From Octopus sinensis (taxonomy: Eukaryota), in contig NC_043023.1 in the NCBI RefSeq assembly GCF_006345805.1, positions 10,230,001 through 10,294,000 on the forward strand: a stretch of 64,000 nucleotides of DNA, written 5' to 3'. The notes beneath the pieces were generated by a model. The model was given only the letters and a program-made list of their open reading frames with translations, was not told the origin of the DNA and did not search any database. The position numbers were made by a program, and so were the translations under genes. Of this stretch, positions 1 to 13,739 are shown one piece after another. How positions within the stretch are numbered: the stretch's first letter is position 1; every line of letters starts with the position of its first letter.

Positions 1-693
1 TTATAAAGCCATGAAATTTAGGATGGGGAGAGGCATTAATGTGGATTATAAGGACCCCAGTACATGACTGGTATTGTATTTTATTAGCCTAGCAAAGATG
101 GAAGGACATGGTGACCTCAGCAGGATTTGAACTCTGAACATAAAGTGTGGTAAATAAATACCACAAGGTATTTTGCCCAACAGCAATCAGACACAAAAAC
201 AGGAGAAAAGAGGGAGGACAATTTATTAAATGAACCCCTGGATATTACTGGTACAGATTTTCACTCCAGGTTGTTAATAAATACTCTGGCAGGATTTGAA
301 CCTGCAACATAAACAGATCAAACTAAACACTGTAAGGGAATGATTCTGCATTTAGACCAGGGTCAGAGGAAAGAGGAAAATTATAAGAGAGAGGGGGTGA
401 GGTGTTTTATATGGAATGAAAAGAAGAGAAGGAAAGATTTGAACTTGTAAAGTTGAGGTAACGAAGGATGAGATGAAGTAAAGAATCTAGTCAGGTAACA
501 ACAGCAACAATAATAATTAGGATGATTAATTAATGAAGTAGGTTACAGTGTCATTAGAGTGTGAGAGAGAGAGAGTTGAAGCACGACGTCCCATGGTGGT
601 ATTATGACATGAATGACTCAAAACAAGAAAACAAACGTTATTGAAAACATTAAAGAAACAGATTTGGATAATCCAAATCCATTGGGGACTTAC

Positions 694-1460
694 TTTTGAA
701 CTGCCAGATGGAGGGGAGTGTCACCATGTTTGTCCAGTTTATTGGCATCGATGCCATTTTGTTGTAGGAGAAGTTTAGCTGTGTCTGTGTGTCCATCCCA
801 ACAGGCAAGATGTAGAGGTGTCCGACCATATTTGGTCACCACCCTCACATCAGTGCCATTTTGTTGTAGGAGAAGTTTAGCTGTGTCTGTGTGTCCATCC
901 CAACAGGCAAGATGTAGAGGTGTCCGACCATATTTGGTCACCACCCTCACATCAGTGCCATTTTGTTGTAGGAGAAGTTTAGCTGTGTCTGTGTGTCCAT
1001 GAAATGAGGCATGATGTAGAGGTGTACAACCATCGTTGTCCACCACCCTCACATCAGTGCCATTCTGTTGTAGGAGAAGTTTAGCTGTGTCTGTGTGTCC
1101 ATAAAGTGAGGCAAGATGTAGAGGTGTCCGACCATATTTGTCCACCAACATCACATCAGTGCCATTCTGTTGTAGGAGAAGTTTAGCTGTGTCTGTGTGT
1201 CCATAAAGTGAGGCAAGATGTAGAGGTGTCCGACCATATTTGTCCACCAACCTCACATCAGTGCCATTCTGTTGTAGGAGAAGTTTAGCTGTGTCTGTGT
1301 GTCCATGAAGTGAGGCAAGATGTAGAGGTGTGCAACCATATTTGTCCACCACCCTCACATCAGTGCCATTTTGTTGTAGGAGAAGTTTAGCTGTGTCTGT
1401 GTGTCCATGAAGTGAGGCAAGATGTAGAGGTGTCCCACCATCATTATTTCGCTGAGTGAC
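694..1460 (-). CDS. Ankyrin-repeat protein, coding exon 4 (~7.5 tandem 34-aa ANK repeats); gene continues beyond window start
   Basis: Acceptor tttttAG at 1462-1461, phase 0 (VTQRNNDGGTPLHLA...); donor AA|GTAAGT at 693-688, so the ORF-track stop is intronic. Repeats match the ANK consensus (D-x-x-G-x-TPLHLA...GH...LLL). Confidence 0.92.
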
Positions 1461-2336
1461 CTAAAAACGATAAACAATAAAGACATTAAAGATGGCATCA
1501 AGTGGATGGGGTGGGGGGCAACGCAAAAATGAAAAATTTCAAAAAAAGAGAAAGAATCAGATTAATAAACAGGTGGAATGTAGTTGGAGAGGAGTAAATA
1601 AATGAGGTTCATATCATACCTGTACCCACAGACACACACACACATATATATATACATATAAACACACACACACATATATATATATATATACTCTCACATC
1701 CATATATATACACTCTCACACAAGGAAATGAGCAACTTTTGAAAGAGTCCCCACCACCACCACCGCTATTTTCTCATAAATGTGTTTATTTAAAGAATTT
1801 TTTTGCCAAAAACCCCCCGATTTCGGACACGGAGGTTCCGGAAAATTGCCAAAAAATCGGCAGTGGAATTTCCACCCCCTCCAAAATTCTTCAACTTTGA
1901 CTTTTTTCCCCCAACACTAACCCTAACCCTAACTACAGAAATGTTTTGAAATTTTTGTCCGAATCATCATCTCCGTATTTTTCCACAAATTCTGAAAAAA
2001 AAATTGTGTAAAAAGTAAAGAATGAAGGAAATGGGGGTGGGGGTAATTTAAAAATGCCGATTTTTGCCAATTTTTACCAATTTTTTTGCAGATTCGTATT
2101 TCCCTTAACCGAAAAGCGGGATTTGTATCGGGGAAAAAAATTTAAAGAAAGGGTGGTTTTTTTGTGGGTAGAAAAGGAAGTCTTGCAGCAACTTTTATTT
2201 AAAATAATATGAATCATCAGTTATGAAGAAACGAAATTTGGGGCACTAAACTGTATGTATATATCATATACATATAACACACACACATACATATATATAC
2301 ATATCTATATACACAAATATAAATGTATTCGCTAAC

Positions 2337-2493
2337 CTGTAAAATGTTATTTCCTTTGCTACTTAAAAGGACTTTGACTACATCTTCATAGTTCTTCCTC
2401 ACAGCCCGATGTAGAGGTGTGTAGCCCCATGAGTCCTGCTTATTAACATTTGCTCCCCTGGAAACTAAGGAGGCCACAGCATCAATTTTACGA
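2337..2493 (-). CDS. Ankyrin-repeat protein, coding exon 3
   Basis: Acceptor ctttcAG at 2495-2494, donor CAG|GTTAG at 2336; encodes (S)RKIDAVASLVSRGANVNKQDSWGYTPLHRAVRKNYEDVVKVLLSSKGNNILQ; phases 2/0 fit both neighbours. Confidence 0.9.
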
Positions 2494-2699
2494 CTGAAAG
2501 GAAGAAAAAAACATAAAACATCACAGACATTCACTTAACAATTACATTAAATATACATTCGTGTTCAATTAAACGCATAAAAACCAATATATATTACAGC
2601 CGCGTGTGTATATATATATATATATATATGTCTGTGTGCGTGCATGCCTGTATAGACATAACTACACAAATGTGCTCCCCTGACGAATTTGTTTCCCTG

Positions 2700-3310
2700 T
2701 AACTTCTAGGAAAAATGGATATTTTTTTAATGAAATTTCTTTCAAAAATATGCTTCAGAAGCGAAGATTCTAATTATATTGGAATTTATTGTGAGAAAAA
2801 ATTTTTAGTGGGTGCAGAGAGAAATTTGGGAAAGTTCGCCCGAGTCGGCTTTCTTTCCAAAAAAATAAATATTTTCTAATGAAATTTTCAATAAAACCGT
2901 TTCAGATGGTGAAGATTCCACTTATATCGGAATTTAATATGAAGAAAATTTTAAAAACTTGGTGGATTCGCAGAGATATACACTGATACACATCAGAAAA
3001 TGAAAAGATGAACTTTGGAAAAATAACCGTGATGTGTGTCAGTATATATGTGTGTGTATCCACCAAATATTTAATGTTTTTTCATGTTAAATTCCGATAT
3101 AATCCTAATCTAATCCATTTGAAAGGGATTTGTAAAAATTTTCACACAAACAAAATATCCATTTTTCTGAAAGTTTCTATAAGGATTTAAGTAAACTTCT
3201 CAACGTTTGAAAGTTTGTTTTCACAACAAATTCCAATATAATTGGAATCTTCATCATCTGAAGCATTTTTATCATAGAAATTTCATTAAAAGATATCCAT
3301 CTGTCTAAAA
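2700..3310. mobile_element. Degenerate MITE-like element with imperfect inverted ends
   Basis: 2710-2800 is an imperfect reverse complement of 3215-3305; the related motif (atcggaatttaatatgaaaa) recurs near 34840, 54205 and 61505. Confidence 0.4.
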
Positions 3311-3356
3311 GTTATAAGGAAACAAATTCATCGGGGGTCCAAGTTGTGTAAGTATG

Positions 3357-3410
<54 letters not shown>

Positions 3411-3929
3411 ATATATATATATTTATATATATACATACACACACACACACACACCACACACACCACACACACACACACACATACATATATATAATACCGG
3501 TTCATATCGCTAGTTGAAATGTCAAAGTCAATAATATTATATAGGTGTATATGTGTATGGATATATATATTTATATATATATGTATGCATATATGTGTAT
3601 GTATATATATATGTATGTATATAGAGAGACAGACAGACAGAGAAATATGAGCCACTGAAATACGTATAATCGTTAATACACAGTAAACAAATGTGTACGT
3701 GTGTGTGTATACACATATTAATAGGTGAGGGTATAAAGTATAAATATTTTTATTCCAGCGAGTGTACAATACAAAACAAGGATTAAGTACCGTTATTAGT
3801 ATCTACATATTTGGTATACATTGAAAAATATATTGTAATCCTTTTGCGAAAGATGGAATGTCTGAAAATTATAGACAAACTAATTGATAGCAGATTTTTC
3901 ATCAATCTAAAAAAAAAAACAACAGCAGC

Positions 3930-4075
3930 ACGTCGTAATTGGCGGGAAAACTACGTCTGCAAATGTAATGTTGTCATAGCAACGGACTATGCAAGAGAAA
4001 GTTTGTTGTTAAGGGCAACGAGGCGTATTTTTACCGCCAAAAGAAACAGTGACCAACAAGGAAGTATGGCGGTCA
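3930..4075. promoter_or_regulatory. Promoter-like motif cluster (E2F, RFX X-box, ETS/YY1-like) in ankyrin intron
   Basis: TTGGCGGGAAA 3939-3949; GTTGTCATAGCAAC 3970-3983; TTTACCGCCAAA ~4030-4041; GGAAGTATGGCGG ~4060-4072; locally CpG-rich. Confidence 0.4.
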
Positions 4076-4121
4076 TATAACACACATAAATGAATATATA
4101 AACACACCCATATTTATTATA

Positions 4122-4152
<31 letters not shown>

Positions 4153-4153
4153 G

Positions 4154-4218
<65 letters not shown>

Positions 4219-4222
<4 letters not shown>

Positions 4223-4565
4223 TTGTTCTTCATTTTCGTTTTTTACACATTATTTTACACCCGGTACTCTACTTTTGTTCAATTTTTGTGACGGGGTGGG
4301 TGGGTGAGGTGCGGACTCGGATGATTCACATGATCCGGTAACCCCACTCGACAACCGGTCCCAAAAATGAAAACAAGAAGTGTAATAGGTGTAAAGCAAC
4401 GTTGAGTTTTCGGACCCTGTGAGATTGATCGTGTGAATTTTCCGAGTCGTCTCCACCACCCCTCGTTCGCCAGCGTGTATTGTTTTTTACGTATTCGTTT
4501 AATACATTTTATTTTACACCTATTGCACAATGTTTTTTGCTCAAGTCAAACACTGGAGTTTAACT

Positions 4566-4607
<42 letters not shown>

Positions 4608-4876
4608 AAAAACAATACACGCTGGCGAACGTGGGGTGGTGGAGACGACTCGGAAAATTCACATGATCAATCTCACAGGGTCCGAAAACTCAACGTTGCT
4701 TTACACCTATTACACTTCTTGTTTTCATTTTTGGGACCAGTTGTCGAGTGGGGTTACCGGATCGTGTGAATCATCTGAGTCCGCACCTCACCCACCCGCC
4801 CCGTCACAAAAATTGAACAAAAGTAGAGTACCGGGTGTAAAATAATGTGTAAAAAACGAAAATGAAGAACAAAAAA
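4219..4876. repeat. Long inverted repeat (270-bp arms, 118-bp spacer), foldback/MITE-like
   Basis: 4219-4488 is a near-perfect reverse complement of 4607-4876; mirrored ORFs 4250-4459(-) and 4636-4845(+) are almost identical. Confidence 0.9.
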
Positions 4877-5980
4877 TTCGCCGACGAACGGGGAAGTGGT
4901 GAGATTTGAATTTTCCGAGTCGTTTCCCCACCTCCTGTTCGCCATATTTTTCTTTTCATATTCGTTTACTACATGTTGTTTCACACCTATTGCACTATTT
5001 TTTCCTTTTTTCTTTGCTTGGGCCAAACACAAGATTTTAACCAAGTGTTTCCCTCCTCTGTCTTCTCCATCTGAAGGAGCCATGTCCCTCTTCTAATGCA
5101 AGACACCTTTCTCTCCAGCAATATTAGCTCCCCCACCCCACCACCTCAACCAGTCGAGAGGTCTTTGTCTTGCAATTAATTGGTGACCTCACTGGTTCTG
5201 ATGGCATGTAAAAGGCATCCAGTACACTCTGCAAAGTGGTTGGTGTTAGGAAGGTCGTCCAGCCATAGAAACCAAACCTAAGCAGACAGTAGTGTTTGGT
5301 GTGGTCTTCTGACTTGTCTGTTTCTATCAAACCCTCCTACCCATGCCAGCATGGAAAAGGAACATTCGATGACGATGATGGTGTGTGCGTGTTTGTGTGT
5401 TTGTGCAAAATTCTGGAACAATTTGTGACTGCAGAAGCTATAGAAACTAACAAGAACTTCAAAACATGTTTTATTGTCCAGAGATGACCTTATGAAGCAC
5501 AATTCAAAATATAATAGATCTCAAAATGTGTTGAGTGAGTTGCAGATGGAGGTGAGAAATAATTTCTGTAAGAAATTTACAGATTATTTACTGCCAAAAC
5601 AAGCTTGAGAATCTTTCTTGTTGCTTTAGATCTCAAATAACATTTTCTTTGGAGAAAAATTGATCGATCTCTCCATAATCAATATGAAGAGAAGACACTG
5701 AATCACATTGGGTCAATCTTAAGAACTGTTGGATCTCAAAGAATATCTCCAAAACAAAAATAATCTGTTTTGACAACAAATAACGAAAAAGATTTTGGTG
5801 ATTCAATGAAGAGGATTCATGGAGAAAATGAGAAAAGGATGTTATTTGGTTACTACTATCATGCTGTTATCGTGTCACACTGCCACTATTATGGTATCTT
5901 TGGATATTCAAATAGTCTGGAATTGCAAAAAATTTCAAAACAAAAGCAGATCTGAAGATTTTAGTTAATTCAAGCCTTAC

Positions 5981-6132
5981 CTTTTCACAGCATAATGTAA
6001 TGCTGTCAGACCTTCTTTGTCACTCATGTCCATATTGGCTCCAGATTCTATCAAGAAGGCTATGAGACTTGTGCTGCCCTGTTCACAAGCTGCCATTAAG
6101 AAAGTTTGACTGTGTGAGTTTATTTGGTTGAC
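5981..6132 (-). CDS. Ankyrin-repeat protein, coding exon 2 (not in ORF track)
   Basis: Acceptor ctcttcAG at 6134-6133, donor AG|GTAAG at 5980; 152 nt = VNQINSHSQTFLMAACEQGSTSLIAFLIESGANMDMSDKEGLTALHYAVK + AG; ANK motif, joins exon 3 in phase 2. Confidence 0.9.
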
Positions 6133-7239
6133 CTGAAGAGAAGAAAGAGAAGATATATAAAATATATCAAAGGAGAGAGATTTTAGTTTAGTATTCCCTG
6201 GTAAAGCTCATGAAATTCTACACTGTGTTATCACTGATGTCTGGCATAGTAGCACTTTTTATTTAATGCTATAATGATGAAGGAGATTTAAGAAATGGTG
6301 AGAGAAGAACAGGATGTTTGAAATGAAGCATGGATCTTCAGATGTCATATGTCTGGTGAAACAGCAACGTGGGATCTACTTGGAAAAGAATGAAAGCAAA
6401 TCTACAAGAAAGGTGTAGAGCACAGGTAAATCAAGGTGGAAAAGGCTTAGAAAGACTGTTTAGTTCATGCATAAGCTCAAGGAAAAGATTGAAAATCTAT
6501 TTATGTTAGTCACTGAATCTATTACAAAGCAATTACTTGTAATTAGACATCTGTGACATCTTTGGAACGACACCAATCACAACTAAATATGAGCAACTAT
6601 GGAAAGGTAGACACAAATGAAAAGAAACAATGGAGAAAATAAGAAATATTATGAAAGTAGTGATCAGAATTTTGAGCCTAAATGCAGCAGCAGTATCAGG
6701 GCTTACATTAGTTTGTAGCCATACAATATTTAAAAAGGTGTGAGTGGTTCATACACAACTGTATTACAGCTGTACAAACAACACTATCGACTTCTCCTTG
6801 AGGAAAACACCTACCCTCACTAACTGGCAGACATTCACCCACCATTGAAATACATGTATGATGGTCATCAAGAAATTAAAGGATGTTTTTTCTGCATTTC
6901 ACCGTTTGTCAGCTGTCTTCCCTTCCAAATTAAAAGCCACATTTTCTGGTCTCTTACCAAGAGTATCTCTATAGATTTTACAGAATCATTCCACCCACCA
7001 CTCCATAACCATGATGGTTCTCTGATCCAAACTCAACTACACATTGAGTTTCATATATTTGTACCACCATATATTGGCCCTTATAAAATTCTTCGCAATT
7101 CCTACCCAAGAGTAGCATTACTCTCTTAGAGAAGCCCTGTTTTATAATTCTTGCTGATAGTGTCCTATCTGCTGACTACCAGCCAGTCATTCTAACTTCC
7201 AATATTTCAATTATGAAGTAAAAAGTCATAAACAACCAT

Positions 7240-7580
7240 TATCTTTGTCCCTTTGGGTATCTTTCTCTATTCAATGAGCCCCAGTACATTTCCATAAAGC
7301 TGGTTCAAGCAGGAGTCTGATTCCTACGTGACTTCCCAGTGTTTTAGTTATGTTTGACAACTTCTGCAAAAGAAATACTGTAGCCCTTGACGTCGGTAAA
7401 ACCTTTAACTGTGTATGGCAAGAGAATTTCTTGACAAAGTCACCATTTATCTATTGGGTCAATCTGTCCCCCATCTCTTGGACTGAACATTTCCTGCCAG
7501 AATACTCCATTGCAGTGTGTCAGGATGGGTTTCTCTCTCACTGACATTCCATCAATTCTGGCATACCTCATTGTCTGGTT
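7240..7580 (+). mobile_element. Highly decayed LINE RT fragment
   Basis: VALDVGKTFNCVW resembles the RT motif VALDISKAFDRVW. Confidence 0.5.
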
Positions 7581-7744
7581 GAATATTTATAAAAAGTGAC
7601 AATGATGAGGATTAGAGGAAAGAGGTAAAGAAAGAAATGAAATATTTTGGACAAATATATCTGGTTATTTAGGAACATTTAATATTGTGTATAAAATAAT
7701 AAACAAACATTTAAAATTGAAGAAGCAATATAAAGTAAACTTAC

Positions 7745-7828
7745 TGTTCCAGGATTTTCTTTGATAAGTCGTTCGACATCTTTAAAGTCCCCATCCACAA
7801 TGTTGCTTATAATCTTCTTCACATCCAT
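7745..7828 (-). CDS. Ankyrin-repeat protein, probable first coding exon (N-cap, MDVKKIISNIVDGDFKDVERLIKENPGT)
   Basis: ATG at 7828-7826 just inside an acceptor AG at 7832-7831; donor ACA|GTAAGT at 7744; 84 nt, phase 0, joins exon 2 in frame; resembles an ANK N-capping repeat. Confidence 0.8.
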
Positions 7829-7879
7829 GTCTTTTGAATAGAAAGGAAAGTAAGATGGTTTTTAAAAACTTATAAAATG

Positions 7880-8290
7880 AGGTAAAGAGCAATTTAAAGA
7901 AGACGGAACAGCTCATTTGTAAAATTAACATGCAAATGGCTGAGTACACCACAGACGCGTGTACCCCTAATGTAGTTCTCAGGGAGATTCAGCATGACAC
8001 AGAGTGTGACAAGGCTGACCCTTTGAAATACAGACACAACTCATTTTCGCCGAGTAGACTGGACCAACGTGAAATAAAGGTTCTTGCTCAAGGAATCCTC
8101 CTACTCATTCCCTGCCCCCACCAACCCACCAACTCTCTGCGCATGAGTGGCTGGGGAAGCAAGCATATTAATGTGTTAATGCGTATCCACAGGTTTGTAT
8201 GTAGTTGGACGCATCTATCAATGGTGCTACCACAAACCCCAGTGGTGCTTGATTATTGCACCCAGAATCTCTTACTGGCCACCTGATATG
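7880..8290 (-). mobile_element. Probable SINE-type repeat copy
   Basis: Sequence resembles a repeat I recall as abundant in octopus DNA; no coding features; recognition from memory only. Confidence 0.4.
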
Positions 8291-8320
8291 TTATCTACTT
8301 ACCTGCCTGTCTCCCCTCTC

Positions 8321-9809
8321 TTAACCCTTTTGATACTAACCCGGCTGAAACCGGCTCTGGCTCTGTAGTACTAAGTCTTGTTTTCATAAGTTTTGAATTA
8401 AAATCTTCCACCAAACCTTAGTCACAATTTATGTTCCTAACACTAGCTTAATGATAACAAAGTTATTTTACTAAATTCTTTGTTATATTTAAAATTAATT
8501 GAAAGAAACACAGAGCATTTCAACAGAAATATGGTAACAAAAGGGTTAAAATATATAATAGAGAAACAATTCTTAACTCTTTTGATACCAGCCTGGCTGA
8601 AACTGCTTCTGGGCTCTGTGATAAAATGTCTTGTTTTCATAAGTTTTGAATTAGAATCTTCCATGAAACCTTAGTCACAATTTATTTTCCTAACACTAGC
8701 TTAATGACAACTAAGTTATTTTACTAAATTCTTTGTTATATTTAAAATTAATTGAAAGAAACACAGAGCATCTCAACAGAAATATGGTAAGAAAAAGGTT
8801 AAAATATATAATAGAGAAACAATTCTTAACCCTTTTGATACCAACCCGGCTGAAACTGGCTCTGGCTCTTTAGTATAAATGTCTTGTTTTCGTAAGTTTT
8901 GAATTAAAATCTTCCACCAAACCTTAGTCACAATTTATGTTCCTAACACTAGCTTAATGATAACTAAGTTATTTTACTAAATTCTTTGTTATATTTAAAA
9001 TTAATTGAAAGAAACACAGAGCATCTCAACAGAAATATGGTAACAAAAGGGTTAAAATATATAATAGAGAAACAATTCTTAACCCTTTTGATACCAGCCT
9101 GGCTGAAACTGCTTCTGGGCTCTGTGATAAAATGTCTTGTTTTCATAAGTTTTGAATTAGAATCTTCCATGAAACCTTAGTCACAATTTATTTTCCTAAC
9201 ACTAGCTTAATGACAACTAAGTTATTTTACTAAATTCTTTGTTATATTTAAAATTAATTGAAAGAAACACAGAGCATCTCAACAGAAATATGGTAACAAA
9301 AGGGTTAAAATATATAATAGAGAAACAATTCTTAACCCTTTTGATACCAGCCTGGCTGAAACTGCTTCTGGGCTCTGTGATAAAATGTCTTGTTTTCATA
9401 AGTTTTGAATTAAAATCTTCCACCAAACCTTAACAATTATTTTCCTAACACTAGCTTAATGACAACTAAGTTATTTTACTAAATTCTTTGTTATATTTAA
9501 AATTAATTGAAAGAAACACAGAGCATCTCAACAGAAATATGGTAACAAAAGGGTTAAAATATATAATAGAGAAACAATTCTTAACCCTTTCGATATCAAC
9601 CCATGTGAAACTACCTCTGGCTCTGTAGTACAAATATCTTGTTTTCTTAAGTTTTGAATTAAAATCTTCCAGCAAACCTTAGTCACAATTTATGTTCCTA
9701 ACACTAGCTTAATGATAACTAAGGTATTTTACTAAATTCTTTGTTATATTTAAAGTAATTGAAAGAAACACAGAGCATCTCAAAATAAATACAGTAATGA
9801 AAGGGTTAA
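8321..9809. repeat. Tandem array of six piggyBac-like MITEs (~253-bp period)
   Basis: Units start TTAA-C(C/T)CTTT at 8321, 8573, 8826, 9079, 9332, 9581 and end AAA(G/A)GG-TTAA; constant spacer aatatataatagagaaacaattc between units. Confidence 0.8.
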
Positions 9810-10289
9810 GGGGGCATGTAAGCACAGCCTATATCCCCAAACTCTGGTCAATTCTTAGCCCCCATTCTCATCAACACTAGTCCACAATTGTGTTTCTGGG
9901 GGTTGTGTTCCCACTCTACCTTCTCCTGATCTCCCTTCCCTTCAAGCCGTGTACCTCTCAAGTATTTCGTTTTGGTTACTGCATGTATTTCCTTATGCAT
10001 GCTGCCCTTATGAGGTGCATCTACCAACTGCAGCTATTGTGTGACACAACGATGTGTTACCAAATACTGAAACAGGTGTAACATGAAATGAAGGAGGGCC
10101 AAGTTGAAGCCCCTGCTTGATTCTCTCGTTAATGATGTGCTTTTTATATTATGACAGCCCTCCGCTGATTGTACAGGATCCAGTTTGAATTCAAAATGGA
10201 AGGAATTTAAACTGATTAACCTCAAGTGTCAAAATTTGGATGGAACAGTGTCATCATGCATGGAGTACATCATATCACACACACATTGA

Positions 10290-11356
<1,067 letters not shown>

Positions 11357-11689
11357 GGATGAATGAATTATTCTTTGTTTACCATTAACATGGTAAATTC
11401 AATAAACAGTTACCAGGGTAGCAAAATTCACGCAAGTAACAAGGATGTAGCGACCTATTCAAAGGTAGAAACTCCAGGTTAATGTGCAGTAATTTGTGTA
11501 GTATAAGTAAATAAATGGAGTTGAATGCAGATGTTATTCAAATTCTTTTATATTTGACATATGTTTCAAGGACAACATTGGTTTTATTCCAAAGGAATAA
11601 ACGGTGTAAAATAATGCAATCTTCTCATCAGGAAAGAAAGAGAACCTATCTCAACAAGACATTATATTTACTTATATATATATATATAT

Positions 11690-11781
11690 AGTAGAAGACA
11701 CTTGCCCAAGATGCCACGCAGTGGGACTGAACCCGGAACCATGTGGTTGGTAAGCAAGCTACTTACCACACAGCCACTCCT
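11690..11781 (-). mobile_element. tRNA-derived SINE head
   Basis: Minus strand AGGAGTGGCTGTGTGGTAAG (A-box-like) ... GGTTCAGTCCC (B-box-like); related heads near 55810-55880 and 63215-63285. Confidence 0.75.
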
Positions 11782-12887
11782 AAGAATTATAGTGGGGATG
11801 GCTGGTGTCACCGTTGATACTGTTGAATATCTATGTGGAACCTCGGCTATTTTGTCAGCTAGCTCCGCCAGTTCCTCAATGGAAGTGGATTCTCATGTGG
11901 AAGAGAGGACCACCTATGTGTTGGAGGGCAGACGCCAGAGAAAAAGCTACTTAAAAATCTTTTCAGGGAGGATCTCATCTCCAAGATGCAGCTTCATTCA
12001 TCGTAGAAGCTGGGAAGGTGTTCTGTCACCCAATTCTTCCGATGTAAGGAGCTGGTGGAGTCGCTTTTGTTGGGTCTCTGAAGTTCTTTTGATCAGGGTG
12101 GCTTTGAAAGTGTCATATGACACAGAACCAGGTGGTGCCATAATGAGATCACGGAACACATTCATGATCTCTGGTGAAAGGGAATTGATCACATGCGTAA
12201 GTCGAGACACATTGATCACTATTCGGTTGGATGAAAATTGGGCCTCTATATGGTGAAACCATAATGCAGGGTCGTGCGTCCAAAATGGGGGAATCCTCAA
12301 TGTAATTGCCACCTGGAATGCCATGTCGACAGTGGATGTGTTCGCTGCTGGGCTGTGTTCAGAGAGAGACATTATGTGCCGATTAATCGCAGGGGTTTTC
12401 CAGTTCCAATTCATTGCCGGGTGATGTGAAGGCTGTGATTCTTTGATGGGGTCACCAAATGTAGTAGGCTAGATGTGATGTGCCATATCAATCGATATGA
12501 GGTAACCCACAACTAAATGTAGCGTATAGATGTAACACTTCAAGGTTCTCACGTCGGAGTAACCAGTGAACATCGAAGAATTAAGTCCACGAAGGAAGAA
12601 ATGTTATTTACATATATCTATTCGTTTGCCCAACAGGTTGTTACAGAGACAGTAGCAATTCTAGCGATAGTGACAACAAGGATGCCTCGCTGGTTAGTAG
12701 TTCATACGTAGAAAAATGTTGTCTGTCTGTAGAGAGGGAAAGAGTAAGGTAGTCATGGTGCTGACTAGAAAGGAAGAAAAGATAAAGGTGGCATCGCCTT
12801 TCTCGCGGCCAAAAGCCTCTCTTTGCATGTTGAGCGAAGGGAAGTGCTGCTCTTGGTTAAGGCCGATGCAAAAGCCTAGCTGACACA
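11781..12887 (-). mobile_element. Ty3/Gypsy LTR retrotransposon 5' fragment: LTR (~12460-12887), PBS (12457-12448), broken gag
   Basis: LTR ends ...ACTACA, then 2 nt, then TGGTGACCCC (PBS-like); gag motif LRIPPFWTHDPALWFHHIEAQF ... LGDRTPSQLLR, then frameshifted ELAELADKI. LTR outer edge approximate. Confidence 0.85.
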
Positions 12888-13157
12888 TAACCCTAACCCT
12901 AAGAGCCCATGTTGCTCCTTGGTCACAGTTGATACATCAAGCGAAGAGATAGATTCTCTTTGTTATAAAGGCTATAGTCAGTAATGTAGATCAAACCTTA
13001 AACAAAGGACTGACCTTTCCTTGACCAATACAGGTCCTAGGGTGTGGAGTGTTTCCTCATCAATCATCTAGGTGGAAGATTTCCCTCTTGTTTCGACAAG
13101 CAACAAGCCAGTGGATCTGGTTTCAAATCTCAGGCAGGTTCAAGCTAGACTCCACCC

Positions 13158-13201
<44 letters not shown>

Positions 13202-13739
13202 CAAGAAATAATTTCTGTCTCCTTTTTATGGAAACAAAGGGATTATAGGACTACAAAAAAGAAGTGCTCAAATGTAATTGAGACAGAGATAAAGAAACAT
13301 TGATCATAAAACAAACATCAAATTCGAGTCCATGATTTTATATATAACACCGTACCTCCAAACATTTCATCATATATAAATATTACCGTGGTGCTTAAAC
13401 CTATAAAGTATACATATATAAAAAAAACATTGAAGGTAAAAAATATATATGCGAAAAAAATGCAGGTATATAGAACGGTCTATCAAGAAGGTATATACAA
13501 TCAACCATAAATTCTAAAGCGTGTCATGCTACTAAAAATCCAAATAAAATAAAAGAAAATATCAATCAACTAAAAAAATTTTTTCTTACTCCTCTCAAAC
13601 AAAAGAGTACATCAAAAAAGTTCAGTTCATAAAAACCATGGTAGGTTAGAGTCCAGGATCAAAAAGAGTTCCACAAAATCAAGTCAAACACACCTATGGC
13701 CATTTTAGGAGTTCATTGCTGCGATTCGATTACGAGTTA

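Noticed and set aside
718-1002. Plus-strand 94-aa repetitive ORF
   Set aside because: Antisense shadow of the ankyrin exon.
1740-2215. Homopolymer-rich segment with (CCCTAA)-like repeats at ~1916-1932 (also ~12890, ~28130)
   Set aside because: Only two to three units, embedded in repeat-like or possibly low-quality sequence; not an interstitial telomere.
8443-9675. Repeated 64-73-aa ORFs (MEDSNSKLMK..., MLYLKLIERN...)
   Set aside because: Chance ORFs within the tandem MITE units.
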